Notes: a model not told the origin generated them from the letters alone. Positions 11,704 to 25,600 are shown, numbered from the whole stretch's first letter. The stretch: 63,871 bases of DNA, filler included, from Squatina squatina (GCA_031763465.1; 4 parts of 4 records of this genome joined end to end with filler, not necessarily neighbours in it); one strand, 5' to 3'. Numbers and translations: made by a program.

Positions 11704-12931
11704 AGGCACTTTCTCCAACAGTGAAGCAACTTGCCAATGCTGTGAAAGAAGAGCTTGCATCAAATTGGTATCGAGAATGCAGCCATCATACATCAAAGGG
11801 AAATCAGTGTGGTTTGCCCTCGGTCCTGCAAATACGGAGTGGTGAGAATCAGAAAGACATTTCCGGTCCCACCACCCACTGGCGAAAGTGGTAGTAATAA
11901 TAAGTGGTCTCCAAGTGCCCAGAATTTACTAGCACAAAGTCCTCTCTATCTCTGTCTTGATTTCATTTGAAGGGACCTGTGAAAATAGAACTGAGTGGGG
12001 TGGGGGGGTGGTGGGGGAGGATGGGTGGTTGCAGGAAGGACAGAAGAGGATATGGGTTGCTTTTCTCGGACGATTGAACTGGTAAATTATCACCTTTCAT
12101 TTGTGAACGAGCAGGCACAAACCATTACACGCGAGTGCCTGTGATTCTGCTGTAGCTCCTAACTGTGCAGCTGTTCAGCTCTTCTAAAAATAGAGTTTCT
12201 AAAATCCGGTTCATTGCGGTAGAAGTGCTATCTTTCACACTTTTATTTATATTCATCCACGACGTGTGCAGTTACTTTCGCTGCAGTTTCTAACAGATAA
12301 ACAATCAGCTTTTCTGCCTCACTTTAGAATTATTTTTCTTCCCTGGTTAGCCGCAGCTGTCCACCAATCACTATTGCCAGCCTGAGTGACTGGCCAGATC
12401 ACCTGCTTCTTTGACCTCTGCTACAGCTACTAATACCCTGGCCGTACAGNNNNNNNNNNNNNNNNNNNNNNNNNNNNNNNNNNNNNNNNNNNNNNNNNNN
12501 NNNNNNNNNNNNNNNNNNNNNNNNNNNNNNNNNNNNNNNNNNNNNNNNNTTTGCATTGCACAAAGCGCAGTATAACTAGTTTCAGGCTACCAATCTCAGT
12601 GCAAATTGAATATTGAAGAACACCATTCAAATATAATTGGAACTAGTGAGATTTCACTTGAGACCTGTAACACACTGGATTGTGCTACTCCAAACTATGG
12701 CTCACAAAAAAAACTGCAGTAGTAAGTAAATCCACTATCTGTCCTTTTCTAATCAAAGTATATGTACGTGCTAGTTGGAAATTGGGAATTTAAGAGGACA
12801 TTACCAGTACATTGTGCACAGACAGGTGTTAAGGTCCTGATGTATGTGTCATCGTGCTGATGTCTGGGTTTTGTGCAGCTTTTGACATGCCTCAATTGAA
12901 GGGATGTGCGCAGAGAGTATAAGTCTATTCT

Positions 12932-13320
12932 GTCAGCCTTGGCTCAGAGTTCACACTCTTGCCTCTCAGTTAGAAGGTCATGCGTTCAAGTTCCACTCCA
13001 GCGACTTGATCACGTAATTTAAACGTTAAACCGAGGCCCCATCTGCCCTCTCAGGTGAACGTAAAAGATCCCATGGCACTAATTCGATGAAGAGCAGGGG
13101 AGATTTCCCCAGTGTTCTAGCCAATATTTATTCCTCAACCAACATCACTAAAATGGATGATCTGGTCATTAACTCATTGCTGTTTGTGGGGGCTTGCTGT
13201 GCGCAAACTGACTGCTGCGTTTCCTACATTACAACAGTGACTACACTTCAGAAGTGGCTGTAAAGTGCTTTGAGACGTCGTGAGGCCATCTTGCTATATG
13301 AATGCGAGATCTTTCTACTT
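12932..13320 (+). mobile_element. SacSINE1-like DeuSINE with internal deletion
   Basis: Head GTCAGCCTTGGCTCAG...GTTCAAGTTCC, body and tail match 45098-45551. Confidence 0.85.
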
Positions 13321-14127
13321 TCATCCTGTGCACCAGAACAGAACCAATACCACACCAGCTCCTGCCTATAGTATATCTGAAGAATTTAGCTATTCTTGTT
13401 ACGAGGTCACTGAAGAAATAGAAAGTAGGCCAGACTTAAACAATTGAATGTTTAAGTCATAAGCGGATTAATTCTTTTTCAATCTAGCAAAAGCACGGAA
13501 AAATTAATCTGTGCCAAATTTCTAGGGAATTGAATTTTGTATTATCGCAAAGTGAAATTCTTACAGTGGCGTTTAGCTTAATTAATGAAGCTGTCACTTT
13601 CCAGCAATCACTTTGGTGCTGTTAGGGTGCAATGAAGCCTGTTGCTATTGGCTTTGTACTTTGACCAAAAAAAAAAGTTTGTTTTTATTTTAAATGTACC
13701 ACGGCCGCCCAGCCTTATATAGGGGAAGTCTATTTTTGGCCTTTATGTGATAAGGACCTGAGTAGGAAAAACTGACAGGAAACCAAGTGTCAGCTGTGAA
13801 AAGGAGACATCGTTGCTAGGTGATGTTTCTACACTCAAGTGTTTAAATTAGATTTAAAACAATTGGTCATTTAGATTCTTTCCATTGCTTATCTGTTTTC
13901 TGACATTATTTAGCAAGCCTTTGGCCTGCTTACATCTGGTAAGCTATGGCAACCGACAGTGTCTTGCGGCTATAATTGGCGAAAGTAAGGAAATATTGTG
14001 ACGTCACTTATGTAGGTCAGTTCAATANNNNNNNNNNNNNNNNNNNNNNNNNNNNNNNNNNNNNNNNNNNNNNNNNNNNNNNNNNNNNNNNNNNNNNNNN
14101 NNNNNNNNNNNNNNNNNNNNNNNNNNN

Positions 14128-14395
14128 GTTTAAAGGTGAGGCCTCTTTGGACAAGCCTGTTCTTGCAGGCCTCACCACATTTGCACATAATGTTACACTC
14201 AAACACTGGCCGAGAGTAGCTCGTCTCCTCCTTAGAGTCCACAAGGCACATGTTTTCATCGTAAGCTCCTTCGTAGCGCTGTAGGCAAATGCATGTGTCC
14301 CTCTCACAGGAAGAGGTTGAGCACTCACATCCTGGAAGGGTTATTTCGGTGGGATCAAGATCTTCTCCTGGTCCAGCCACATTTTCAGGTGTGTA
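14128..14395 (-). CDS. SETMAR: Histone-lysine N-methyltransferase SETMAR, 5' part of the pre-SET/SET exon (truncated by a gap)
   Basis: Pyrimidine-rich acceptor tttgtgtttgtcttgcag|TAC, phase 0. The 89 codons read YTPENVAGPGEDLDPTEITLPGCECSTSSCERDTCICLQRYEGAYDENMCL...PVFECNIMCKCGEACKNRLVQRGLTFK, with the nine pre-SET cysteines. This parallels vertebrate SETMAR exon 2 (YTPDHVVGPGADIDPTQITFPGC...PVFECNVLCRCSDHCRNRVVQKGL). The frame runs into the gap at 14028-14127. Confidence 0.93.
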
Positions 14396-16898
14396 CTGCA
14401 AGACAAACACAAAACAGAGTTAAAAGGCATTTATTCCACACACCACTGTGCTGTCTGCCTCCTTCAGAGGGTCACTGCACCTACTGTAGGAACTACGGAG
14501 TTCATACCTACCTACCATAGGGATAAAACTATTGAACATGTTCCTGCCTTATTACAAAGATATTACTGATAAGTTAGAATACTCCACAAGTCGTGCATGA
14601 TCGAGGCACAATGCCAAAGGTAACTTGTTTCGACAATGTTTTGTGCATTTAAATGCTGCATAAATACACCCAGCCCTGCACAGAGAGCAGAGTTCGGGAA
14701 TTCCAATCTCTGGATACGAAAGCAAAAGTACTTGTAATGGGGCACAAGTCACTTTATTGCTCCTATTGGTATGAACTCATCAACAAAAAGTACTTTTGTG
14801 CATAAAAAAGAGACGGTATAACAAAGTATAAAAGCTGAGGATTCCAAAATTCCAATCGTCGTCAAACACAACAAGCTGAGTGACAAAAGCCCCAAGTACA
14901 TCAGCGTACATCCCGTCATCAACGCCTCCTGACCTACAAAGTAATATTTACTTCCTCACTTAAATTTAAAATTACAGCAGCGTGACCAAGGGAATGTTTA
15001 GATTCCAGGTTAGCGAAACTTCATTACCCATTTCTAAATCTGGATATGAGTGTCTCTCAACAAGAACTTAACAATCTTGGCCTTAATTAACCTGTGTAAA
15101 TATGGGCTTTCAGATAAATGCCCTTGGCCTGTCACAGTTGGTCCCTGGGCTCTAAATGGTGTGCTACATCTACTAAATGAAGCATGGAAAGCAGGTCAGG
15201 CACATTACCCCCGGAGACAGTGCCCTTTTCATGGACTNNNNNNNNNNNNNNNNNNNNNNNNNNNNNNNNNNNNNNNNNNNNNNNNNNNNNNNNNNNNNNN
15301 NNNNNNNNNNNNNNNNNNNNNNNNNNNNNNNNNNNNNACCACAGGAACTTTTATTGTACTGTTTGTGGCATTGTTCCAGCACTTTCATTGCCAAATAACT
15401 TCCAAATATTCAGATAAAAAGAGACTTCAATCTGTGCTCAATAACTAGATCCATAAAAGGGGAAGCTGGAGAAGGTTTTCATTATTAACTCTCATCATTG
15501 CCAAACTTCCTGGCGATGCATGAGGTGCATTGAAGAGTTATTTTGCAGATCTGTTTTGCTGGACAATTTTGTTGTACAAAAATTATCCATGGGTCAACCA
15601 ATTTGGACACATCCTGTAAAGAAAGCAAATGTGCTGGATTTTAAGCCTTGATCTGACGTGTTGCGTCTGTCTAAGTTGGTTACAGTGCATTAACCTTAAA
15701 AGCGAAAGCCTTACTGACAGATGGGATTGTGGTATCAGCCTTGTCCTTCCCGTACCCTTTGATCTTTGATTACAAAGGAAGTTTCTGGCCATCAGGATGA
15801 ACAGCTGAACTGCACATTTCAGACTGAGCACTTCCTGTTAGCTCACTCAATCTGTGTGCAATTCAACATAAGCCCCTGTTTATTGGCAACAAATTAACAG
15901 GCTTACGGCACAGCCCACCACAAGATAAAATGACATCAAGAAATGAGATTATGCNNNNNNNNNNNNNNNNNNNNNNNNNNNNNNNNNNNNNNNNNNNNNN
16001 NNNNNNNNNNNNNNNNNNNNNNNNNNNNNNNNNNNNNNNNNNNNNNNNNNNNNNTCTCTTCCCTGCCCTGGAGACACTGAGGCTAACTGAGGCGTCTCCC
16101 AGAACTGACCTGACGGAGCTTAGCTAGTTCACCATTGACCAAGGATCCTCCGGGCCTGTTTGCCTCAGCACCACATGGCGCCTTTACCAATAAGCTATCA
16201 GGGGAGTAGCACCTGCTTTCTCTCATTGCAACCGAACAAGATTTGGATGCCAGGTTTATTTCCACTTTATTTTTCCAGCGCTCATGTAGTTTACAAACAT
16301 AACAAGTAATGTGCTCTTGGCTTCAATCATACTCCATCTTTAAGGACTGTTGCAGAAAGACAGAACACAGGTACATAGCAGAGCAGCTAATGAGTAAACC
16401 ACATTTCTTTGTAAAGGGCCCATGTGACAGACCTCACAAGATGATTACGTTGTAAAAGGCCACTACCTCCTGTTACTGGCAGCAGGACTGGGCTTTGATT
16501 CTGTGTCTGGAAGTGAGGTCAGTCTTCACCTAGAGACTAAGAAGCAGGAATTTACACAAGGCCTCTTTCTACATGTGATATAACATTCACCAAGTGCCAG
16601 TGAAACCTGCAGCATCTCTGGGTCAGTAGGTCTCCCTGTGTTTGGATTGCTCTCTCAATATATAACAGACTTCATTGCTTTGCATCTACTGGATAAAAAT
16701 GAAAGAAAGAACTTGCACTTGTATAGCGTCTCTCACCACCTCAGGACCTTCCAAAGCGTTTTACAGCCCATAACGTATTGTTGACTTTCATACTGTATNN
16801 NNNNNNNNNNNNNNNNNNNNNNNNNNNNNNNNNNNNNNNNNNNNNNNNNNNNNNNNNNNNNNNNNNNNNNNNNNNNNNNNNNNNNNNNNNNNNNNNNN

Positions 16899-17718
16899 CT
16901 ATTATGTAGTACTTTGTCAAACACCTTTTGAAAGTCCATATACACAATATCAACTGCACTACCCTCATCAACCCTCCCTGTTACCTCATCAAAAAACTCG
17001 ACCAAGTTAGTCAAACCATTTGCCTTTCACAAATCCATGCTGACTTTCATTTATTAGCCCATATGTTTCTAAATGCCAATTAATTTTGTCTCTGATTATT
17101 GTCTCTTAAAGTTTCCCAAGCACAGACATTAGGCTGACTGGCCTATAGTTGCCAGGTTTATCCCCCTCCTTTTTTAAACAGGGGTGTAACCTTTGCAATT
17201 CTCCAGTCTCCTGGCACCACCCCCATATCAAAGGAGGATTGGAAGATTGTGGCCAGAGTCTCTGAAGTTTCCACCCTTGCTCCCCTCAGTAACGTGATGC
17301 ATCCAGGTGACTTTTCTACTTTGAAGACTGCTAACCTTTTAAGTACAAACTCTCTCTATTTTTAGCCTATCCAATATCGACACTGCTTCCTGCTTTACTG
17401 CTGCATTGGCAGCATCCTCTTCTCCAGTGAATACAGATGCAAAGTACTCATTTAGGACCTCATTCATGCCCTCTGCCTTCACAGGGAGATCTCCTTTTTA
17501 GTCTCTAATCAGCCCCACCCTTCCTTTGACTACACTATTGCTATTTGTGTTTATATAAGACTTTTGGGTACCTTTTTTTATGTTGGTAACTAATCGATTA
17601 TACTCTTATTCCCTTTTTTAGATTTCCTCTATACATTCTATGTTCGGCTTGGTTCTCTACTGCATTATGAACCTTACAATTGTCATAAGCTTCCTTTTCC
17701 GGTCTCATTTTAACCTCT
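16899..17718 (-). mobile_element. CR1 LINE reverse transcriptase fragment
   Basis: LTNLVEFFDEVTGRVDEGSAVDIVYMDFQKVFDKVLH with upstream PGNYRPVSLMSV motif. Confidence 0.92.
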
Positions 17719-17818
17719 NNNNNNNNNNNNNNNNNNNNNNNNNNNNNNNNNNNNNNNNNNNNNNNNNNNNNNNNNNNNNNNNNNNNNNNNNNNNNNNNNN
17801 NNNNNNNNNNNNNNNNNN

Positions 17819-18556
17819 TGGTCTGTACCCTACTTCTCTGTCATATTCTCCTCCTTTGAACATCTCACCTTATTCCACCCCTCATTTAAAATCCTCATTC
17901 TCTACTACCCACCCAAGTACCACAACAATTTTCTCAGAGATATCTTCACTATTTCCTTCCCGCAATCTCTGCACTGAGCGACTCGGTGATTTCAGCCTCC
18001 ATCTCAATTAATTATACTCACTCTTCTGAGTTCACTGCCCTCCTATTGTCTCTTAATAGCTCCCACAATATAAACTCCCCAAACCATACTGACAGCTAAT
18101 GTTCCCTCGAAGCTGCACGGCCTCAGTTCTCTGCCGGACCCACGGCACCCGAGACTGGCTTTTTCAATGTTAAATTTTGCGCATATGCAAAACTGTGAAT
18201 GGGCTGCGCACCAAAACAGTTTTCGGGGGAACAGTCTTCACAGCACCCCCTTGCCATCACCTCGCTACTCCCATTGTGTCAATCACAGACAAAGCCATCT
18301 CTGATCACTTCCCTGTATCGCTTTCCACCCATATCTCCCTTCCAACCCTCCCTCTTTCTGTGCCCGCCCCAGAAAAAGCTCTCCCAATTCACTTACAATT
18401 GCACTTTCAAAATCCCAACTGTCTAGCCTTTGGCACTCCATTCACCACGACATTTCTACAGCTAGCGATCTGCTCAACTACACCTTTGATGTGCTAGTTC
18501 CCATTAAAATCATTACTCTCTCTTACCCTGGCCATTCCCCTGGTACGGCCCACATC
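17819..18556 (+). mobile_element. L2 LINE endonuclease-region fragment
   Basis: C-rich sense strand; LGDFSLHLN (GDFN motif) and KAISDHFPVS (SDH motif). An unrelated insert lies at about 18095-18245. Confidence 0.75.
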
Positions 18557-19389
18557 NNNNNNNNNNNNNNNNNNNNNNNNNNNNNNNNNNNNNNNNNNNN
18601 NNNNNNNNNNNNNNNNNNNNNNNNNNNNNNNNNNNNNNNNNNNNNNNNNNNNNNNNACACACAGCCGGGGGAGAATCAGCCTGGGCTGCTATTGTATACC
18701 CAACAGCAGAACACGGAGGAGGCATTTAAGGAGGACCCCCCCCCCCCCCCCAGTTAGGGCTTGGGGAAGAGTGTAACAAGAATACAAAAAACACAGCGCG
18801 AAAAGCAATCACAAGATTCAATTTTATTTCAAAGCTGAGATGCAAGACACATTGCCATTATTAATAACACAAGTCGTACAATCAATACACAAACTAAATA
18901 TATACATATCTCAATGCAAAAACAAATGTACAGAAAAAAATACAAATAAAATTAAATAATACTAATGAAAGCATTTAATACCTTCAGAACCTGCCAACCC
19001 AACACCTTCAGAACCCTCCTCCCCAACACTTTTCACACTATCTTATATAAATGCTGCCCAGGTAATGTCTGACTTAAATAGCTTTACATTTACACTTAGT
19101 AAATGAGGTCATATAGTAAGCTGGAGCTGTTCACTTCATAGGTTAAATGGCCTCTGACCTATGACCTCGTTTAACCTTTTGAAGACTATGATAACATTTT
19201 TGTAACCTGGTTACAATTGTCAGGTTTATTAAACCACAAATTCAAAAAATAAAAAGCCCAGGGCCTGCGTAGAGTTTTTTTTAATTCTAACTTAGAATTG
19301 GAAATCCTCACTGATTGTAACCTGATGGAAGCTTTGTGCGTTTTAGAAAGAGGCGCAAAGTAAATGAGAAGTAAATGCTACTGAACTGT

Positions 19390-19718
19390 CAAGGCTCCTT
19401 CGACAGCACCTCCCAAACCCGTGACCTGTATCACCTACAAGGACAAGGACAGCAGGCGCATGGGAACACCATCACCTCCAAGTTCCCTTCCAAGTCACAC
19501 ACCATGCTGACTTGGAAATATATTGCTGTTCTTTCATCGTCACTGGGTTAAAATCCTGGAACTCCCTCCCTAACAGCACCGTGGGGAGCACCTTCTCCAC
19601 ACGGACGGCAGCGGTTCGAGAAGAAGGTTCACCACCACCTTCTCAAGGGCAAATAGGAATGGGCAATAAATGCCGGCCTTGCCAGCGATGCCCACATCCC
19701 CAGAATGAATTTTTAAAA
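19390..19718 (+). mobile_element. CR1/L2-group LINE 3' end (second family)
   Basis: SFIVTGLKSWNSLPNSTVG...HHHLLKG followed by GGGCAATAAATGCCGGCCTTGCCAGCG tail. Shorter copies at about 650-722 (+) and 8625-8730 (-). Confidence 0.8.
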
Positions 19719-21539
19719 GTTAACAATGTTTCAAACACCCCCCCATCCCCAACATTGCTTTGTCAGCGCCCTCGACTCCGACTTATGGAAACTATGTGTT
19801 GTCTACTTATGGCCATTTGGAGTTACGTTGAACCTATCCCCAAGCTCATTTCCTGTAGCACCCTTACAGCAATAGGCACAAGGGGTTTGATTTGCTTTAA
19901 TATGTTCCGTTCCTCTCTTCAAACGCTAAAATTTCCTGATGCCCCCTCCCACCACCCCAATTCTTTATATCTGACCATGCCTCTGTTTCCAGCCGTTGGA
20001 TTCCATTGNNNNNNNNNNNNNNNNNNNNNNNNNNNNNNNNNNNNNNNNNNNNNNNNNNNNNNNNNNNNNNNNNNNNNNNNNNNNNNNNNNNNNNNNNNNN
20101 NNNNNNNNCCAGTGGCTAATCCAAGGGCTCTTGCTCACCAGTAATTTTAAAGTACGGAAAGGAAGGAAAACTGAGAGGCCCCAGGAAGTGTACTGATATG
20201 TCCCTTTGTTGTATTTGGGCTATATGAGATAATTAAGATGAATATTCTTCCTCTTTAACCCTGATCAAAAAACATCCAGGTCCTTACGTTATTACTTCAC
20301 GATTGTAATCTGGGTTTCCTTTCAATTCGATGGCCACCATGCCTGTGGCAGGCTTCTAATTGGCTAAGCAGCACCACAAATCATTCACTACTTGTTTGGG
20401 TTTTAGTTAGTCACTCAAATATTCCATTTTCATGCTTTAGATTTGAGAGTAACAGAGTTCAGGAGAAGGATCGCACACAGCGACAGAAAATACATTACAA
20501 AAATGCAATATTAAAGAAGGCTCTCGATAAAAGCATGTATTCGATCTAATCTCCTGGCAATAATAATTCAGTGGGCGGCATTCATGTAGTTTTTAGCACA
20601 GCAGGGTCTAGTTTGGATTTTCTGAAACATCTCATGCCAAAGTAGTCCCTGGAGTGCTAAAACCCACGGCAAGCTCACTCACATCTAGGGTTGCTTGACT
20701 GAAACTTCATAAATGCAGAAGTGATTTGCCAAGAAATGTTCCTATTAGGATTGTGCACGGATCAGGAATTCTTTACGCTGTCTAAATATACAGCTCCTTT
20801 TAATTGTATCTCCATGAACTGAGATTCCTTTGTTACTTAAAACATTGAATCTGAATTTCTTCCCTCTCCCCACCCTACCACCACCAAATGTTGTCTCCAT
20901 CTCTCGTGAAGGCAATGATTGATGTCCCAGTCTCTCCGCTACCTAAACCAAGTGGCTATATCAATCTAGACTGTAAAGTCCACACGATATGACCCTCCCG
21001 TTTCTCAGTCTCAGTGTCTTTCACACCCAGCTGAGCTATCGGGGTGGGGGGGAACGGGACCCCTAGTCTGTCTAATGTTCCTAGTCTATGTAATAATGTA
21101 AGAGTGAGTTTGTGACGTAGTTAGCTTCAGATCCGATGTTCTTTTCAGGGTGTCTAGAAGTGTTGGCAGCCAACTTCAGAGCTGCATGAGTCGCAAATTC
21201 TACCAAACCTGAGATATCCATATAACAATTACCTATCCTAGTTTCAGAATCTCTGAAAAGTAAATTAACGACATTTGATTTTCTTTTACTTGCCTTTTTG
21301 TAAAATGAAACCCCAAAATTCCACAGATTCTTGTGGATAATCAAAGTTGCGCAGTATATAGCTGCAGGTGAAGGAGCCTTTGGGGACATCAAGGGGCTTG
21401 GATAAATCAACAATTCGGTAGGGTGGGGTCCTACTTAACTTGGCTGTTGTAGCTGTTCTCCAGACAGTTTTTTTTCTAATGGTTTTTCATTTTTAATCTT
21501 TATATGTTGTATAATTAACACCATTGCACTTTAATACAA

Positions 21540-21639
21540 NNNNNNNNNNNNNNNNNNNNNNNNNNNNNNNNNNNNNNNNNNNNTTAATTAATTAANNNNN
21601 NNNNNNNNNNNNNNNNNNNNNNNNNNNNNNNNNNNNNNN
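21540..21639. other. Artificial scaffold-joining spacer 1
   Basis: 44 N + TTAATTAATTAA (stop codons in all six frames, 21584-21595) + 44 N; the identical cassette occurs three times. Confidence 0.95.
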
Positions 21640-22444
21640 CTGTTTTGAGACCTGATTATGCCTTGGATTCATTGTGTGGGACTTGGAACAGCCATTATGA
21701 AGATTGCTTTTAGCATTTGGCTCACCAATTGAAATTTACAACAATTGGGCTATTCCACCATGGAGGCCATCATTGTTCATTCTTATCTTGCCCTATAACA
21801 ACTGTCATTCACAGTCCCGTGCTTCCGGTTGGAGTCACACTGAGTGGCAAACAGGGGTGGGAACTCTGACTTATTCTTCTCAATATCCTTGGAATACAGC
21901 AGCCAGTTGTATCAAAATACAATTTTAAACAAGTACTTCTGAAGATCGGCCTCACAATTGCCTTGTCCTTCAATATTTGTCCATAGAATGCAGTAATAAA
22001 TTAAATCCATTTACGAACAAAATATTTTTACAAACTCACATTACTTATTGATTTGGGTAGTTGCCCTAGTTTTGAAGCCAGGTGAGAAAATGTGGCGGGT
22101 CTTCCTGCCTCAATTATCTAGTCTGCCCCTTCTGCTTGTTGTTTTCACTATTTTAGATCATCACTGTTGGCTGCAGAACATGATTTAGGTCATTCAGTTA
22201 TGCCTATTTGGAGATAGCTACATACATACCAACCGTCCATATTCCACGCAGAGAGCCAATGTTTCAGGCACAGTGTCTACCTTTCCACATTTGGCAATCA
22301 GAATCAGCAGGCGTTAAAATTCCAAAACTTTGTTCATCTGTGTATGTGCCACCTAGAGGACAGATTAGTCCTTGGTGGAGAGGGATAGAGCAACGCTCTG
22401 ACAACATTTGAAACTTTTCTTGTATGCCTCCTAGAATCTGAAAT

Positions 22445-22620
22445 TATGGCCAGTGGTCTTTCTCCTTGAGAGTAGTTGGAGAGATTGATGTGCACATTGG
22501 AACTGAAGCCGAGAAAGCTGTAGGCTCTCTTAACAGATGAGGAACTAGGCCAAGTGGTTATGTGAATGGTACAATTTCCCTCAGCTCCCTCTCAGAGACC
22601 TACTAAGTGTAAATACTCCT
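22445..22620 (-). mobile_element. Highly degenerate Gypsy-type reverse transcriptase remnant
   Basis: TTWPSSSSVKRAYSFLGFSSNVHINLSNYSQGERPL resembles the Ty3/Gypsy motif WP.P.SVK....FLG.......I.NFS....PL. Confidence 0.45.
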
Positions 22621-25600
22621 CCTGAATAATTTCCAGGGCATCCAATTTTACTTCTCATCAGTCACTATTTTCCTTTAAGTATCCAGATTTCTTTCAGTGC
22701 TGGGTAAATCTGACCTGGTCTTTTTCCTTGCTCTGTTATTCTTTGTCTTGGCAACAATCTCCGGTTTACACATTTTATCAGTTCCACTTGCCCGTAGTCC
22801 AAGAGTCCGGATCTTGCCTTAGAAGCCAACCTCATATAATTATTTCTTTTCCCTTTTTGGTAGCAAGTACTCATTAAGTATCCAATGCCTAATATATGCC
22901 TGCACTTCCATGAGGAGAATTATGTTTATAATGTATTCTGAAAAATAACTTCCAGGGACACCATCCAACCTCCTCCAGCATCTTGAGCGGCTTCACCTAA
23001 GTGCACTTTAAGCTAAATTGTGGTCTGCATTGATTTTTGATGCTAACCTCTGAATACGTGCCAACTGTCTGCACTTCAGACAGTATCTGAGCTTGCCAAT
23101 AGAAACCAGTCAGGATTTAAACTGCCCTGTGCTTGCTCCATATGCTACATTCTTCTCTGCAAGTGCTTACCTGGTTGTTCAAGAGCGAGAGAGCTATGGG
23201 GATTTGTTTGAGCAAGAGAGAGCTGTGGGATTTGGCTGGATGCTGACTGGATAGACTCACTGAACCCCATTTTGGTAGACTTTATCTTGCTTCTTACATC
23301 CTTGAAGAAGGCCAAGCCTCTACAAAATAAATCTCAGGTAGGAAGCGATTTGTCAGTTCCATGAGTTTATAATATCTAGGTTTGTCTCTACTGAGTAGGG
23401 GGAGCTTCTATAAAACCTTGTTTAAAGGACAATGTGGAAGAACATCAAACTTAATCGATGAAAGCAAAGCAAATTGACTGTAATGACTAGACTGGAATAA
23501 GGAATTATTTATATTGTTAAAATATCAAAGAACAGTCAAACCTTTTTTTGTCAACATTTGGGGGCTGACAGATTGTTTTCTTATTATTAAAATTTTCTTT
23601 GACCATAATGGAAATTTCCCTGTCCCTGAGGGAGAAAGTCTGTCACAATACTAGTTTATAACATACAAACTGTTGCATCTCTTAATACTTACGTGCATTA
23701 TTTTACGGTACAGCTATCCCTTACGGCTACCTCTCTTCCTGTCACATGATGCATTACTATTTTCATATTGTACATAATAACTGCTACTGTATTATTCTAA
23801 ACAACCGTTATGATAAACACATAGTGGAGTTGGATCTCAGTACTGTAACCATTATATGTATCAAAATAGTATAAACATTTCATAAATTAGAGTTAAGTTT
23901 AAGCGAATTATGGAACATTATACACCCTGGAAGTTACGATGCTCGTCAAAAAACACTTCAGCTTTATATGTATATTTTAGGATGTCATCTGTACCCTTCA
24001 AATATAGAAGCCTTAAAGACACACTTTTTTCCATTTTTAAAGCATCTTTTATGTCCTTCGGATATCCCAAAGTGCTTCATAACTAATTAATTATTTTGGA
24101 AGGGTAGTCACAGTTGTTATGTAGGCAAACAAAGCAGCCAAAGCAAGGTCCCACTAACAGCAATAAGCCAGTTAATGGCCTGGATTTTGCAGTAAAAATA
24201 AAGGTGGGGCTATCAGTGCTCACCGTTATTAATAGGTAAATCGGACAGCAACATCAGGCAAACACCTGGGGAAAATGTGCTGTTCAATGCAGAGAAAAGG
24301 AAGTTGCTGTCCAAGTTACCCTGCTCCTCCAGAAGCTGTGCTATACCGGTATCTCACCAAGAGACTTGGCATTCAAATACATGAAGGACATGAAGTTGAA
24401 GTACTTACCCACTAGATACTCACTAAACTCTCCAGAAAAAGTTAGGGCTTGTCCATTCAAGCGTAAGTGAATTTTTTATCACGTGGTAAGTCCTAATTAC
24501 TCGCAACAAATTCTCTGCCACAGAAAATTTACTTTTCAGTCATGGTGTCTCATTCCTCCAGATTTTAATTGTTGTTGGAGATTTTTTTTTTTTATTTAAA
24601 ATTTTTTAATTTTTTTAATTTTTTTCTTTCTGTCTCTTTTATTTCTCTCTTAATCACAGCTTTCTTTTCCTCTTCAATTCACTTTCTGTACATGACTGCA
24701 CCCCGATATATGTTCTGTATCTCTATTATATCTGATGGTATTATATTAAAGGCAAACGGGGCAGATTTTACTCTGATCCTCAGCCATGCTACAAACTGGG
24801 CAGAGTGAGTATTCCCACCAGGACCAATCTACGCAGGACAACATCTTTACCATAGAAGACTAACTGTGTTAGTTAGTGAAATTGCTTCAGTGCAAATTAA
24901 ATGTGATGAGACAAGCAGAGACAGCACTTCAATTAATGTCCGAAATCTAATTTCTCTGATTGAAATACTAAATTATACAGTCCAGACATGTATTAATGTG
25001 ATCCACAGAATGTGACCTTTATTTGAGCAAATTTAACTACTTGCAAAATGTTTAACCCTTGGGATTATGAAGCAAAGATTGATTTTTGACACCTTCATCA
25101 GTTAAACATTTGCAGTTAAAATATTGTTTCAACAATTTGATGCAAATGGAGAACTTTAGCAAGGACCGTGCAAACCAAAACAGATGATGTCATTCTAGTC
25201 TCTCCAATATTTTCTGACATTCTTTAGGTTTTCAAGGTTACAAAGGAGATTGATTAAAACTGATCCAAGAAGATCGTTTGCTGAAGTGAAGCGTTGAAGT
25301 AGCAGGGGACACATGCTAAAACTTAAAAACTCGGGGGATAAGAAGTGAGGTTAGGTGGAACTATTTCAATCAAAAGTAATAGAGTTTTCAAATAAATTAC
25401 CAGGGGATGTCACTGAAATGGGTAGTATAAATGGGAAATTCAATGCATTTTTGGAGAGAAGTTTTAATGAACAGTTTATGTTGCTATGGGCATGTGTTGG
25501 GTTTGCTGGATCCTATCTAGCTGCCAGATAGATAATCCGCATACTTTGCTTAAATACATAACGAGAACAGGTTTAATCTTCTGCACAGTGAGTGCATAAA

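Noticed and set aside
1-14027. Mariner transposase exon of SETMAR, and SUMF1 exons
   Set aside because: No mariner motifs or SUMF1 C-terminal sequence seen; the mariner fusion is primate-specific.
19512-20144. 210-aa ORF
   Set aside because: It starts inside a LINE 3' end, shifts out of the LINE frame and runs through a gap; no recognisable domain.
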